Assembly (NCBI GenBank): GCA_963734495.1 | Contig: CAVTHK010000006.1 | Coordinates: 1 to 64,000, forward strand | Source of the DNA: an uncultured Spirochaetota bacterium | GTDB taxonomy: Bacteria > Spirochaetota > Spirochaetia > SZUA-6 > CAVTHK01 | DNA: 64,000 nucleotides | Reading direction: 5' to 3' | Part shown: one piece after another, positions 13,055-24,224 of the stretch | How positions within the stretch are numbered: position 1 is the stretch's first letter | Layout of the letters: the number at the start of each line of letters is the position of its first letter | Notes under the pieces: model-generated | Database searches by the model: none | What the model saw: only the letters and a program-made list of their open reading frames with translations | What the model was told of the DNA's origin: nothing | Made by a program: the position numbers and the translations under genes

Positions 13055-13197
13055 GCGGCGCGGCCTGCCGGCGGTCCGACGCGCGCCTGGCGGCGGCTCC
13101 CGGCAGCCCCCGGCGGCGGCCGTGGCGCAAAGAGCGCCGTTCCTCTATGATGGCTCCCATCGAGCGCTCGGGCGGCCGCGCCCGGCGAAAGAGCATC

Positions 13198-14490
13198 ATG
13201 AGCACGGCCACCGAGCAAGCTCCCGTCACAGCGAACACGCTCCTCTCCCTCTTTGTCCCGATGGCGCTGTCCTCGTGGCTGGGCTGGCTCGCGCCGCCCG
13301 TCATCAACGCCGCGGTCGTGCGCGCGTCGGCTTCCTACGAGACCGCGCTCGCGGCCTACGGGGTCGCCCGCAACCTCACCATGCTGATGTCGCCCTTCGC
13401 GGTCATGGTGCCCACCGCGGTCCTCGTGCTCGTCAGCGGGAGACCTTCGCACAGGCAGGTGAGGAATTTCCTCGCCCTCCTGTCCGCGGTGCTCGCGGCC
13501 GGGACGCTCGTTCTCCTGCTGACGCCGCTGCGCCATCTGCTCCTCCAGGGTGCCCTCGGCCTGGAGCCTCTCCTGGCGGAGCGGACGCGGCTCGCCCTGC
13601 TGATCCTGGTCCTGCACCCGCCCATATCCATCTGGCGCGCCTTTTCGCAAGGGGTGCTCATCCAGCGCCAGCGCACCTCCGCCATGGTGTGGGCCGGCGC
13701 CGTCGGCTTCGGCGTCTCGGGCGCCGGAGTCATGGCGGCCGGGCTCGTCGGGCTGCCGGGCGAGATCTACGGGGCGCTCCTCCTGGTCGTGTCGACGCTC
13801 GTGGATGCCGCGGCCCTGCAGCTCGTCGTCCTGCGCACGGCGGACGGCAGCCGCGGCGACGAAAGGGTCCCCAGCTTCGCCGCGATCCTGCGCTATTTCC
13901 TGCCGCTGGTGCTGACCACGTGGGTCATGGCCGCCAGCCGGACCGTCATCGACGCCGGCCTCGCGCGGACTCCCGAGCCGGCCACGGCGCTGGCGGCCTT
14001 CAGCCTGGCGGCGAGCTTCGTCTTCGCCTTCGAAGCCCCCGTCGTGATGCTGCGCAGCGCCGCTCTCGCATTCGAGCACGATCCGGAAAACAGGCGCCGG
14101 CTCCGGCTGTTCTGCATCCTGGTGGGCGCGTCGATGACCGGTCTGGCTGCGGGCCTGGGCTTCACGCCCCTGGTGGACCTCCTGCTCGGTGGCGCGGGCG
14201 GCGCGCACGGCGCAGTGGGCGCGCTGACGCGCGGGGGCATCCGCATCCTGGCGGTCTCGCTTCTGATCCTCTCCTGGAGGCAGTTCAACTACTCGTTGTT
14301 GATGAAGCGCCAGCGCACGGACATCATCGCGGTCTCCGCGTTCGCGCGCATGGGCTTTCTGGCCGTGGCGATCTTCGCGGGGCTCGCGGTCTGGCCCGAC
14401 GTCCGCCTCGCCGCGGCCGCTTACACGCTCGGCTTCCTGCTCGAGAGCCTCATCTGCGACGCAGGGGCCCGCCGCATCGGCGCCCTGTAG
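13198..14490 (+). CDS. MATE/ANKH-like multi-pass membrane transporter
   Basis: About 12 hydrophobic segments in two repeated halves (LFVPMALS / YFLPLVLT; ALAAYGVA / ALAAFSLA). Confidence 0.7.
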   Translation: MSTATEQAPVTANTLLSLFVPMALSSWLGWLAPPVINAAVVRASASYETALAAYGVARNLTMLMSPFAVMVPTAVLVLVSGRPSHRQVRNFLALLSAVLAAGTLVLLLTPLRHLLLQGALGLEPLLAERTRLALLILVLHPPISIWRAFSQGVLIQRQRTSAMVWAGAVGFGVSGAGVMAAGLVGLPGEIYGALLLVVSTLVDAAALQLVVLRTADGSRGDERVPSFAAILRYFLPLVLTTWVMAASRTVIDAGLARTPEPATALAAFSLAASFVFAFEAPVVMLRSAALAFEHDPENRRRLRLFCILVGASMTGLAAGLGFTPLVDLLLGGAGGAHGAVGALTRGGIRILAVSLLILSWRQFNYSLLMKRQRTDIIAVSAFARMGFLAVAIFAGLAVWPDVRLAAAAYTLGFLLESLICDAGARRIGAL

Positions 14491-14500
14491 CGGGGACGCA

Positions 14501-14686
14501 TCAGGCCGCGCGCACCGGCGTGTCGAGGTCGCGGCCTTCGCCTCGCGCGACGATCGCGCTGCAAAAGGCACGCTCGTCCTCGGTCAGCGGGGCCGCAGGC
14601 GGCGGCAGCCTTCGCAGCCCGACGACGCTCGCAACCGCCAGCAGGATCGCGGGGATGCTCAGGACGAAAGCCAAGGCCGAGGTCAT
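14501..14686 (-). CDS. Small single-TM hypothetical protein (61 aa)
   Basis: AGGAGG SD before ATG, N-terminal hydrophobic helix, fills intergenic gap. Confidence 0.5.
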   Translation of the reverse strand: MTSALAFVLSIPAILLAVASVVGLRRLPPPAAPLTEDERAFCSAIVARGEGRDLDTPVRAA

Positions 14687-14897
14687 GGACGCCTCCTGTT
14701 CCGGTCTTTGGAACACCGGCGCAGAAGGATCCTGTCACCCGCCGGAGGCGAAACCGGGGCGGTCGATGCAGCCTGGCGCGGCCCGGCGCGGTCCGGCGGC
14801 CCCCCCGAGCCAAAGCATATCTTTCGCTGGTATCGTATTATGCCGAACATAGAGCCAAAGCGCGATCGAATCTCGCAAAGCCGCCGGAGGGGCCACG

Positions 14898-17633
14898 ATG
14901 CAGAAGAACAACCCGTTGACCTTCGATCTCCTGATCCCCGTCATCGTCGCCGCGGTCTTCGGCCTGCTGGGCCTGGTGCCCTTCTTTCACGGCGCTGAGA
15001 ACCGGGCGTACGACCTTCTGCTTCGCGTCAAGCCGGCCATCCCTGAGCGCGGCGACATCCGCCTGATCGACATTGACGACACGGCGATCGAGAAGGTGGG
15101 CACGTTTCCCTGGAGTCGCGACATCGTGGCCGACGGCCTCATCCTCATGCGCGAGATGGGCGCCCGCACCGTCGTGTTCGATATCGAGTACGTGGACAAG
15201 AGCCCTCGGGGCGTCAACATCGACACGCTGCAGAAGGATCTGCCGGACACCATCAAGACGGAGTTCACGCGGGCCAGCGAGAACGCGTCCGACCTCGTCG
15301 CGGCGGTCCGCGCCGGCCGCATCCGCGGGGCGGCGATCGACGAGTACCTCGCCCAGCTTGCCGCCGCCAACGACCTCTCCCGACGCAGGGTCGTGGAGAA
15401 GGTCCAGCAGATCGCACGCGACAACGACACTTACCTGGGCCAGGCCGCCCGTTTCGCGGGCAACGCCTTCTTCACGGTCAACATGCTGCACGAGGCCGAA
15501 AAGGTCATGCCCGACGAGCTCAAGGCCTACGTGCTCGAGCACATCGCGCTGCCCCGCGCCACGGTCAAGAGCCCGATACGCCGGCCGGCGTCTCCCCTGC
15601 GTTTTGAGGCCGCCGACCTCCGCCCGGCGATCCTGCCCGTCATCCAGGGCGCCAGGGGAGCGGGCTTCCCGAACGTGGTCGTGGACAGCGACGGCGTGCG
15701 CCGCCGCATCGACCTGGTGACCGCCTACGAGGGGCACCTCTTCGCGCAGCTCGGCTTCCGGCCTCTGCTCGACTGGCTCGGCAACCCCGAGGTCGTCGTC
15801 GAGTCCGACCGCATCGTGCTCAAGGGCGCGCGTCATCCCGACGGGGGCGTGCGCGACATCGTGATCCCGCTCACCTCCGACGGCCGCATGCTCATCAACT
15901 GGCCCCGCAAGACGTTCCTGCAGAGCTTCGCTCCGCACATGACCTACTGGAGCCTGGTGGCGAACAAGCGGCTCGAAGCGAACCTGCTCGACAACCTCGG
16001 GATCATGTCAGACGCGGGATACCTCGGCTATTTCCCGTTTCCGCTGCTCGATCGTTACGCTTCCGCGGAAATGATCAAGGGCGACGTGCTCGCCGGGGGC
16101 GACACGGCGCGTGTCGATGAGTACATCCAGGCGCGCGCGCAGTTCTTCGAGCAGGTTTCGAGGCTGCTCGACGGCGGCACCGAGAAGGCCATCAACGCGG
16201 AGGTCCAGGCGGCGCTCGCCCAGAAGGGGATAGCCAAGGAGGTCGCCGAAGGCTACCGGGGCGTCCTCGCGGACGTGAAGAGGCTCTTCGACGCCACCCG
16301 CGAGATCGACGCTGCCCTCGCCTCCTCGCGCGCGGATCTCGTGTCGCGCCTCAAGGGCGCCTTCTGCATCGTCGGCCAGACGGGGACGTCGACCACCGAT
16401 ATCGGGGTGAACCCCTTCGAGGAACAATACATGAACGTCGGCACCCACGCGGCGGTCGTGAACACGATCCTGCAGGGCCGATTCCTCGACGATATGCCCT
16501 GGTGGGTCGCCGCCGTCGCCGGCCTCGTGCTCGCCCTGATCGTGACGTTCGTCATCCGCGGCCTCAAGCCGCTGCTGTCGATCGTCGTTGGCCTCGCCAT
16601 TCTCGTCGTCGCGGCGGCGTCAGGGGTCGCATTCTTCGTCTTCACCGGCGTCTACCCCGGAGTCCTCACGCCTCTGCTCGTCGGTGTTCTTCACGTTCGT
16701 GACCCTCACCCTTGTGAAGTTCATGCGCAACGAAAGGGAAAGGGCCCAGGTCCGCGACGCCTTCTCGCGCTACCTGTCGCCGGACGTCATCGCCGAGGTG
16801 CTGTCGGACCCAGGCAAGCTGCAGCTCGGCGGTGTGGAGAAGCACCTCACCGCGATGTTCACGGACGTGAAAGGCTTTTCGACGGTCTCGGAAAAGCTCA
16901 GCCCCTTCGGACCTGGTCAGGCTGCTGAACTCCTATCTCACCGAGATGAGCAACACTCATCCTGTCGCAGAAGGGCACCATCGACAAGTACGAAGGCGAC
17001 GCGATCATCGCGTTCTTCGGCGCGCCGATCGACCTCGAGGACCACGCAGCACGGGCGTGCGCCGCCGCGGTGCGCATGAAGAGGGTCGAGCGCATGCTCA
17101 ACGCCCATTTCCTCGAGCACGAAGCTCTCCCGACGCCGCTGTTCGACCCGCATCGGGATCAACACCGGCGACATGGTGGTCGGCAACATGGGCACCGATC
17201 GGAAGATGGACTACACGATCATGGGCAGCTCGGTGAACCTCGCCTCGCGGCTCGAGGGCGTGAACAAGCAGTACGGCACCTGGACGCTGATCAGCCAGCT
17301 GGACCTACGAGAGCGGCGGCAAGGATTTCACGGTGCGCCGGCTCGACCGCGTACGCGTGGTCGGCATCAATGAGCCGGTGCGTCTCTACGAGCTCATCGA
17401 CGAGAAATCCGAGACCCAGCCGTCCGTCCGCGGAGCTCATCGACGCCTTCGAAGAGGCGCTCACGCTCTACGAGCAGAAGGAATGGGTCAAGGCGCACGC
17501 CGCGTTTTCGAGGGTGCTCAGGATCTCGCCCGACGACGGGCCCGCGCAGATCTACGAAAAGCGGTGCGTCGAGTACAGGGCCAAGCCCCCTGCCGCGTCC
17601 TGGGACGGGGTGTACAACCTCACCTTCAAGTAG
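14898..17633 (+). CDS. CHASE2-domain class III adenylate/guanylate cyclase (about 6 frameshifts between 16680 and 17430)
   Basis: GTFPWSRD CHASE2 start; MFTDVKGFS, IDKYEGDA, RIGINTG, VNLASRLEG, WDGVY pieces distributed over three frames. Confidence 0.88.
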
Positions 17634-17645
17634 CGCGCGCGGCCC

Positions 17646-18395
17646 TCAGCCGATTTCGGGCCCCACGATCCGGGACTCCGGGCCGAGCGCGGGCGTGCCC
17701 GCCTGCTCGTCCGGGTGCAGCAGGCTGCGCACCAGAGCGTCTCCGACGATCCGGTCGATGACCGCGCACCCCGCGGGGGAGAAGTCCACGAACCGGACCC
17801 CGAACCCTGCGGGCAGGCGGCTCGACGCGCGGCGCGCGTCGAGCACCTCGCAGGCGGTGAGCATCTTGAAGTCCTGGAACACGATCCTCAGCCGGCCGCG
17901 CTTCCCGGGCTCGGGCGGGACGGCGTCGGACTCCAGAAAGGCGCCGTTCGCGGAGAGCGAGCGGACCCTGTGGGTCTCCCAGCGGCTGCTGCCGTCCAGG
18001 GAGAGGTAGCCCTCCAGCGGCCAGTCGTACCGGTGCGTGCGCCTGCGGTTCGTGATCGCCGCGGAGAACGCGAAATTCTGCAGATCCTCGACGAGGGTCT
18101 TCGTGCCGAGGCCCGCGTTGATGTGGGTGAAGATCTCGGGGATTGCCTCGCGGCACTTTTCGCAGACCACCGCGACGTCCAGCCTCGGCATGCTGCGCTT
18201 GAGCGAGGCGAGGAACCCTTCAAAGTCCTGGTCGATGACCGCGACCTGCATCACGACGCAGAGGATGTCGCTCTCGCGGACCAGGGCCTCGGCGAGCTCA
18301 GCCCTCCCGGCCACCGTCTGAATCTCGAGGTTCGCCAGCGCGGCAGCTACGATCTTCGGATCGAGCGTCTGTGTATAGACGACGACCTTCTCCAT
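17646..18395 (-). CDS. PilZ-domain protein with N-terminal receiver-like domain
   Basis: NRRRTHRY (RxxxR), SLSANGA, GFGVRF. Confidence 0.75.
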   Translation of the reverse strand: MEKVVVYTQTLDPKIVAAALANLEIQTVAGRAELAEALVRESDILCVVMQVAVIDQDFEGFLASLKRSMPRLDVAVVCEKCREAIPEIFTHINAGLGTKTLVEDLQNFAFSAAITNRRRTHRYDWPLEGYLSLDGSSRWETHRVRSLSANGAFLESDAVPPEPGKRGRLRIVFQDFKMLTACEVLDARRASSRLPAGFGVRFVDFSPAGCAVIDRIVGDALVRSLLHPDEQAGTPALGPESRIVGPEIG

Positions 18396-18494
18396 GCTTT
18401 TACCTGACCATTATGGTTCGAAGGAGGGACACGCGTCCAGAGGCGACATGAAGGCTCGACCGCCGCGGCCTACCCGAGCGCTGCGTGCGCGGCC

Positions 18495-19469
18495 TTACGC
18501 GGGCGGGGCGACCGCGGCAGCCGCGACCCAGTGCCGCACCACGGCCTCGGCCTCGGCGACGCTCTCGGTCTCCATGAGCTCGCCGCGGAGATGAGCGGCG
18601 CCGGCGAACCCGCCCGCATACATCTTGTAGAACTTCTTGAGCCGGGGATAGTGGCGGTCGCCCCAGGTGGCGCGATACAGCGCGAGATGCTCCAGGAGCA
18701 GGGCGAGCCGGTCTTCGGTGCTCCAGGGCTGCGGCGACCGGTCTCGAAAGAGGAACGGAGTGTCGAAGATGCCACGGCCGACCATCACGCCGTCCACGCC
18801 GTACACCCGCGCCTTCTCCTCGACCTCGGCGAGGCTCCGCACGTCGCCGTTGCCGAGGACGAGGACGTCGCTCTTCGCTTCGTCGCGCAGGCGCACCACC
18901 GCGGCGATCTCGTCCCACCGCGCCGGGAACTTCGACTCGTCCTTGGCGACGCGGCCGTGCACGATCAGGACCTCGGGCCGCTGCTCGAGCAGGAAGGCCG
19001 CCCATTCCTCGGTGCGCCAGCGCCGGAACCCGCACCGGGTCTTGACGCTCACGGGCACATCCCCGGCGCCCTCCCGCGTCGCGCGGATCAGCTCCGCGGC
19101 GAGCGTGGGATTGTCGATGAGAGCCGCGCAGGCGCCGCCCTTGACGATCTTCTTGACGGGACAGCCCATGTTGATGTCGATCCCGTCGAAGCCCATGGCC
19201 GCGATTTCGCGCGCGGCACGGTAGTGGAGCTCGGGCTTCGTGCCCCAGATCTGCGCCACGATCGGCTTCTCCTCGGCCGTGTAGAGGAGGCGGTGCGCCA
19301 CCGCCTCGCGGCCGGCGGAGCAGAGACCGTCGGTGCTGGTGAATTCCGTGAAGAACACATCCGGCGGGCCGCACCGGGCGACGATGCGGCGGAAGACCGT
19401 GTCGGTGACGTCCTCCATGGGCGCCAAGGCAGTGATAGGCCGCCGGAGGCGGTGCCAGAACGAGCTCAT
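18495..19469 (-). CDS. tRNA-dihydrouridine synthase (Dus family)
   Basis: LAPMEDVTD, DINMGCP, VSVKTRCG, HGR, GNGDV, GVMVGRG. Confidence 0.93.
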   Translation of the reverse strand: MSSFWHRLRRPITALAPMEDVTDTVFRRIVARCGPPDVFFTEFTSTDGLCSAGREAVAHRLLYTAEEKPIVAQIWGTKPELHYRAAREIAAMGFDGIDINMGCPVKKIVKGGACAALIDNPTLAAELIRATREGAGDVPVSVKTRCGFRRWRTEEWAAFLLEQRPEVLIVHGRVAKDESKFPARWDEIAAVVRLRDEAKSDVLVLGNGDVRSLAEVEEKARVYGVDGVMVGRGIFDTPFLFRDRSPQPWSTEDRLALLLEHLALYRATWGDRHYPRLKKFYKMYAGGFAGAAHLRGELMETESVAEAEAVVRHWVAAAAVAPPA

Positions 19470-19569
19470 GCGTTGCGGCAATGTAGCGAGCCGGCCGGCG
19501 GGGGATCAATAGGCTGGTACGGGTCGCCGTTTCTGCGGTATTATGGAAGGACACAGGGCCGGTGGGCCG

Positions 19570-20733
19570 ATGGAACGAGATCCCGGGGTTTACCGCTTCG
19601 AGAGCTTCAGCGACGTCGATCTCTACGAGCTTGCTGAAATAGCGAAAGACGAGAACTACGAGCGGCTCGCCGAGTGGATCATGAGCCACAAGGACCGCGA
19701 GCTCCTCGCGCACAGCTCGCGGCTGCTCGAGCGCCGGAAAAAGGCCTACGACGAGCTGCTGGAGCAGCTCCTCACCTCCTACCACAGGTACGGGATGCCC
19801 AGCCGCCTCGGCTTCGGCCGCATGTTGAGGAACATCTCCGACATCAACACGGTCGCCGACCGCATGCTGGAGATGCTCGACGACAACGAGATCGACAAGG
19901 ACGAAGCCAAGGCCCTGATCTCCCGCGACAACTACCGCCGCCTCGTCAAGCTGCTCACGGCCCGATCGCCGCGCAACGCCCGGCCCGAGGTCGTGACGGA
20001 CTACGAGCAGAGGCTGAGGCAGGACAACGTGTTCCTGCTCGAGGAGCTCGTCAACATCCTCACCGGGGAGTACGACAGGCGGGTGGTCGAGACGCGGCGG
20101 CGGTTCGAGGAGTACCTGGGTCCCCACCAGCGCGTGCTCGACAACGTGCGCCGGGAGATCCGTGAGATCAACGCCGACCTCGAGCGTCTCGACAAGGACA
20201 GCCTGCTGCTGCCCGAGGAGCGGGCGATGCTCCGCTCGGCCTTTTCCGAGAAGAAGGCCGAGCTCCAGGAGATCGAGGGCGTCGAAGCTTTCAAGCTCAA
20301 GAAGATCGAGTTTCTGTGCCTGAGCCTGCGCGAGGGGGTCGAGCAGTTCCGCACGTTGATCGACTCGCTGCAGGCGAAGCTGGATTCGTACCGGAGCCGC
20401 CAGTCGTACGTCGACAAGCTGGCGCGCCTGGGCGCCAAGATCCCCGAGTTCCGCCAGCTCCTCGACTCCCTCTACGCGAGCTTCCAGCAGAACCTGGCCG
20501 GCCTCCAGAAGGGCTTTCTCGTGTTCGACCGCTCGTTCCAGGAGCTCGTGCTCAGCACGGTCGACAGCGAGAGCGTGGTGAGCCGCATCGTGCTGGCGCC
20601 CCCGAGCGTGGTCAAGGCGGAGCTCGAGATCGTCAACACCCCGTTTGCCGAGCCGGCCAGGCCGCCCGAGGAGCCGCCGGAGAGCATGCGGCTGGACCTG
20701 AGCTTCCTGCAGGAATACCGCTACCGGAACTAA
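19570..20733 (+). CDS. Hypothetical coiled-coil-rich protein
   Basis: Long ORF with host codon bias, heptad-like E/L/R-rich middle; no family recognised. Confidence 0.7.
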   Translation: MERDPGVYRFESFSDVDLYELAEIAKDENYERLAEWIMSHKDRELLAHSSRLLERRKKAYDELLEQLLTSYHRYGMPSRLGFGRMLRNISDINTVADRMLEMLDDNEIDKDEAKALISRDNYRRLVKLLTARSPRNARPEVVTDYEQRLRQDNVFLLEELVNILTGEYDRRVVETRRRFEEYLGPHQRVLDNVRREIREINADLERLDKDSLLLPEERAMLRSAFSEKKAELQEIEGVEAFKLKKIEFLCLSLREGVEQFRTLIDSLQAKLDSYRSRQSYVDKLARLGAKIPEFRQLLDSLYASFQQNLAGLQKGFLVFDRSFQELVLSTVDSESVVSRIVLAPPSVVKAELEIVNTPFAEPARPPEEPPESMRLDLSFLQEYRYRN

Positions 20734-20781
20734 GAACTAGAATTGAAGGCTCCCGCGCGGCCGCGGACGGCCGCGCGTGCG

Positions 20782-21930
20782 TCACCCGATCTCCGGCACG
20801 TCGACCCAGCGCCTCTCGCGCCAGCTCTGGTGGCCGAGCTCCGCGAGCTGCACGCCCTTGGCGCCCTCCATGAGGTCCCATCGGAAGCTCTCGCCCGCGG
20901 CGATGTGACGGAGGTACAGCTTCCACTGGGCCTTGAACGCGTTGTCGTAAGCGTCGCGTGTCGGCATCTGCGTCCAGCCGTCGAAGTAGCGGATCGGGCT
21001 TTCGATGTCGGGGTTCCAGACCGGCTTGGGGGTTGCCGAGTCGTGCTGGACCCAGCACTCGCGCAGGCCCGCGACCGCGGTCCCGTTCATCCCGTCGACC
21101 TGCACGGTGAGCAGGTCGTCCCTGCGCACGCGGACGCACCACGAGCTGTTGAAGTGGCAGACGGTGCCGTTGGCCAGCTCGAAGGTCGCGTAGACGGCGT
21201 CCTCGGCCTCGGAGCGGTACTCGCGCCCCGCCTCGTCCACGCGGCTCGGCACATGGACCGCGCCGAACGCCGACAGCGCCTTGATGCGGCCGAAGAGGTT
21301 GTCGATGACGTAGCGCCAGTGGCACAGCATGTCGATGATGATGCCGCCCCCTTCTTCCTTCTTGTAGTTCCAGGAGGGCCGCTGCGCGGGCTGGTGGTGG
21401 CCGTCGAAGACCCAGTAGCCGAACTCGGCGCGCACGGAGAGGATGCGGCCGAAGAAGCCGGTGTCGAGCAGGTACCTGAGCTTGAGCAGCCCGGGCAGCC
21501 AGAGCTTGTCCTGCACGACGCCGTTCCTGACGCCGGCCTGGCGCGCCTCGCGCGCGATCGCGAGCGCATCGGCGAACGTGTCGGCGGTCGGCTTCTCGCA
21601 GTAGATCGCCTTGCCGGCCCGGATCGCCTTGCGCACCGCCGCCGCGCGGGCCTGGGTGACCTGCGCGTCGAAGTAGACCTCGTACGATCGGTCGGACAGC
21701 GCCGCGTCGAGGTCGGTGGTCCAGCGCGAGACACCGTGCGCCGCGGCGAGGCTGCGCACCCTGGCCTCGCTGCGGCCGACGAGCAGCGGCTCCGGCATCA
21801 CGACGTCGCCGTTTGCGAGCGGGACTCCGCCGTCCTTGCGTATGGACAGGATCGAGCGCACCAGGTGCTGATTGGTGCCCATGCGTCCGGTGACGCCGTT
21901 CATGATGATGCCGACTCGTTTCTCCGCCAT
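20782..21930 (-). CDS. Gfo/Idh/MocA family oxidoreductase
   Basis: NGVTGRMG, YCEKP, GGGIIIDMLCHW. Confidence 0.92.
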   Translation of the reverse strand: MAEKRVGIIMNGVTGRMGTNQHLVRSILSIRKDGGVPLANGDVVMPEPLLVGRSEARVRSLAAAHGVSRWTTDLDAALSDRSYEVYFDAQVTQARAAAVRKAIRAGKAIYCEKPTADTFADALAIAREARQAGVRNGVVQDKLWLPGLLKLRYLLDTGFFGRILSVRAEFGYWVFDGHHQPAQRPSWNYKKEEGGGIIIDMLCHWRYVIDNLFGRIKALSAFGAVHVPSRVDEAGREYRSEAEDAVYATFELANGTVCHFNSSWCVRVRRDDLLTVQVDGMNGTAVAGLRECWVQHDSATPKPVWNPDIESPIRYFDGWTQMPTRDAYDNAFKAQWKLYLRHIAAGESFRWDLMEGAKGVQLAELGHQSWRERRWVDVPEIG

Positions 21931-21975
21931 GTCTTCCTCCGTCCGGGCCGCTCGCACGGCAGGACCGCGTCCCGC

Positions 21976-22801
21976 CTACCCGTGCCTGCGGTACGCCTCT
22001 ATCACCGTTTCCAGGAATCGGTCCTGGTCCGTGCCCCAGAGCCGCGTCGAGAAGATCTCGACCTCGTGATACCCAGCGAAACCCGCCCCTTCGACCCACC
22101 CGCGGATCCGCGGGACGGGGATGCACCCCTCGCCCATCAGGCCGCGGTCGTTCAGCATGTCCACCGTGGGGCTCCTCCAGTCGCACATGTGGAACGCGAA
22201 GAGGCGGCCCGTCCGCGCGGCGGCGCGCGATCTGCCGCTCCAGGTCGGGGTCCCACCACAGGTGGTACACGTCCGCGACGACGCCCACGTTGGGATCGCC
22301 GACCCGCTCGCACAGCTCGAGGGCCGAGGCCATCGTGTTGACGGCCGAGCGCGTATCGGCGTACATCGGGTGCAGGGGCTCGACCCCCAGCCGCACGCCC
22401 GCGGCCCGCGCGCGCGGGCCGATGCCGGCGAGAGCATCGGCGATCTGGCCGCGCGAGGTCTCGAGGCTCTGCGCGGGGTCCGCCCCGCAGACGAGCACGA
22501 TCAGCGGCGCGCCCAGCCGCTCCGCCTCGTCGATGGCGCGCAGGTTGTCGTCGATGGCCCGGGCCCTTCCCGCGGCCGACGCCGAGGCAAAGAACCCCCC
22601 GCGGCACAGCGATACGGCGGCCAGCCCGGCGTCGCGGATGCGCCGGCCCGCGGCGCGGATGTCGCGGCCGTCCAGCGCGTCGCGCCATACGGTGATGCCT
22701 TTCACGCCCGCGGCCGCGTACTTCGCGACCGCGGTCTCCAGGCTCCACGGTTTCGTCGTGATCGTGTGGATCGCCAGCCGGGAAAGGTCTGCATTCGCCA
22801 T
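21976..22801 (-). CDS. Sugar-phosphate isomerase/epimerase (AP-endonuclease-2 TIM barrel), frameshift near 22220
   Basis: SLCRGGFF, GVEPLHPMYA, DVYHLWWDP then FHMCDW..DRGLMGEG..EVEIFS in a second frame. Confidence 0.88.
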
Positions 22802-22827
22802 GATAGCCTCCGCGCCTTCCTTCACCC

Positions 22828-24224
22828 CTATATGTGATAGAAGGCCAGGTATGGGCCCCCGGACGCAAGCCTCTTGAGATAGAGCGCCAGCTCCATCGCG
22901 TGGTAGTCGCCCCAGAGCGAGGACTCGCCGTTGGGCACGGCCTGCCCTTCGGCGACGTAGTCCCACCCGTTGGGCCGGTGGTAGACCGAGTGCAGCAGGA
23001 TGCCCTGGTGCGCGGGGTCGCGCGAGAGGTACGGGTCCGCCAGGATCGTGCTCGCCGTGGTGAGGCCGGCCTGGAAGCAGCGGGCGCCCTCGTCCTTTCT
23101 GCCGGCCGCGGTGAGCCAGCGGCCGAGCCGCAGCAGCCCCTGCGCCGCGATGGCGGCGGCCGAGCTGTCGACCGGCTCGTGCCTGTTGAAAGGGTCCGCC
23201 GGCCGGCTCCCCCAGTCGCCCATGCGCGCGAGCCCGGGGGCGCCGGTGTCCCAGTACGGCACCCCGCAGCTCGCGCTGTGCGCGATGTAGTGGTCCGCCA
23301 CGGCGAGCGCGACTTCGGCGAACCGCCGCTGCACCGCCGCCCGCGTCGGCAAGGGGGGCGAAGCCGGCGGCCGCCACGCTCTCGTCGCCGGTGCCGTCGA
23401 AGAGCTCCAGCAGCTCGGCGTAGCCGCAGAGGATCCAGGCCTGGCCCCGCGTCCAGGTGGTGAACGGCGACCAGCCCTGCTGCGTTCCCGGGCAGCGGAA
23501 CGAGCCGTCGTTGGTGTTGAAGATCGCCTCGTGGGCGACGCGGCCGCGCTCGTCGTAGGCGTCGCGGCCCTCCCCGAAGTACACGTTGCAGCGGGCCGTC
23601 GTCTCCGCGTGCTGCAGGAGCCGCCCGAGGAGCGAGATGCGCCGGTCGCGCTCGCCCATCAGCGCGTGCCCCAGCCTGTCGGCCAGCGCGAGCGCGCGCA
23701 TCGAGCGGATCGTGTCCGCGAACAGCGAATGCGGGCCGTTGAACGAGTACACGAAGCCGAGCCCTTCCGGCAGCCCCGTCCAGCGCGCGGCCTGCACCGC
23801 GCCCGACACCTTGAGCGCCAGCTCGTGATGGGCGCGCTCCCACGGGTCGTCCGGGATGCGCCCCTCCCGCATCAGGCGCAGGAGGTTGCCGTAGGTGCTC
23901 ACGTTGTTGAAGCCGTGGTCGTGCACGCCCGTGTGGCTCACGTGGGACGCCATCCGCGCCGCGATGTTGCGGCGCGCCATCGCGAGGAAGTCGGCGTCCC
24001 CCGTGGCGTCGAACTGATACAGGGCGCACCCGTACTGAAAGCCCTGCGTCCACTCCGTCCAGCCGCGGCTCGCGTAGCGGCCGCGCACCGTGAACACGGG
24101 CGTGCCCTTTGACGGGTCCCACTCCCGTTCCAGCAGCCGGATCTTCTGCCGCCGACAGCGCGAACAGCTCGTCGGCCTGCGGCTCGAGGAGAGCGGCCGT
24201 GAGCCCCGTGTCGATCCTGATCAT
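22828..24224 (-). CDS. Glycoside hydrolase family 88-like (unsaturated glucuronyl hydrolase-like), frameshifts near 24145 and 23345
   Basis: WTEWTQGF, HDHGF, TWTRGQAW, PYWDTGAP, DSSAAAIAA, WGDYH across three frames. Confidence 0.82.

Noticed and set aside
20633-24097. 1154-aa ORF
   Set aside because: Chimera of GH88 and TIM-barrel segments linked by frameshifts plus junk sequence
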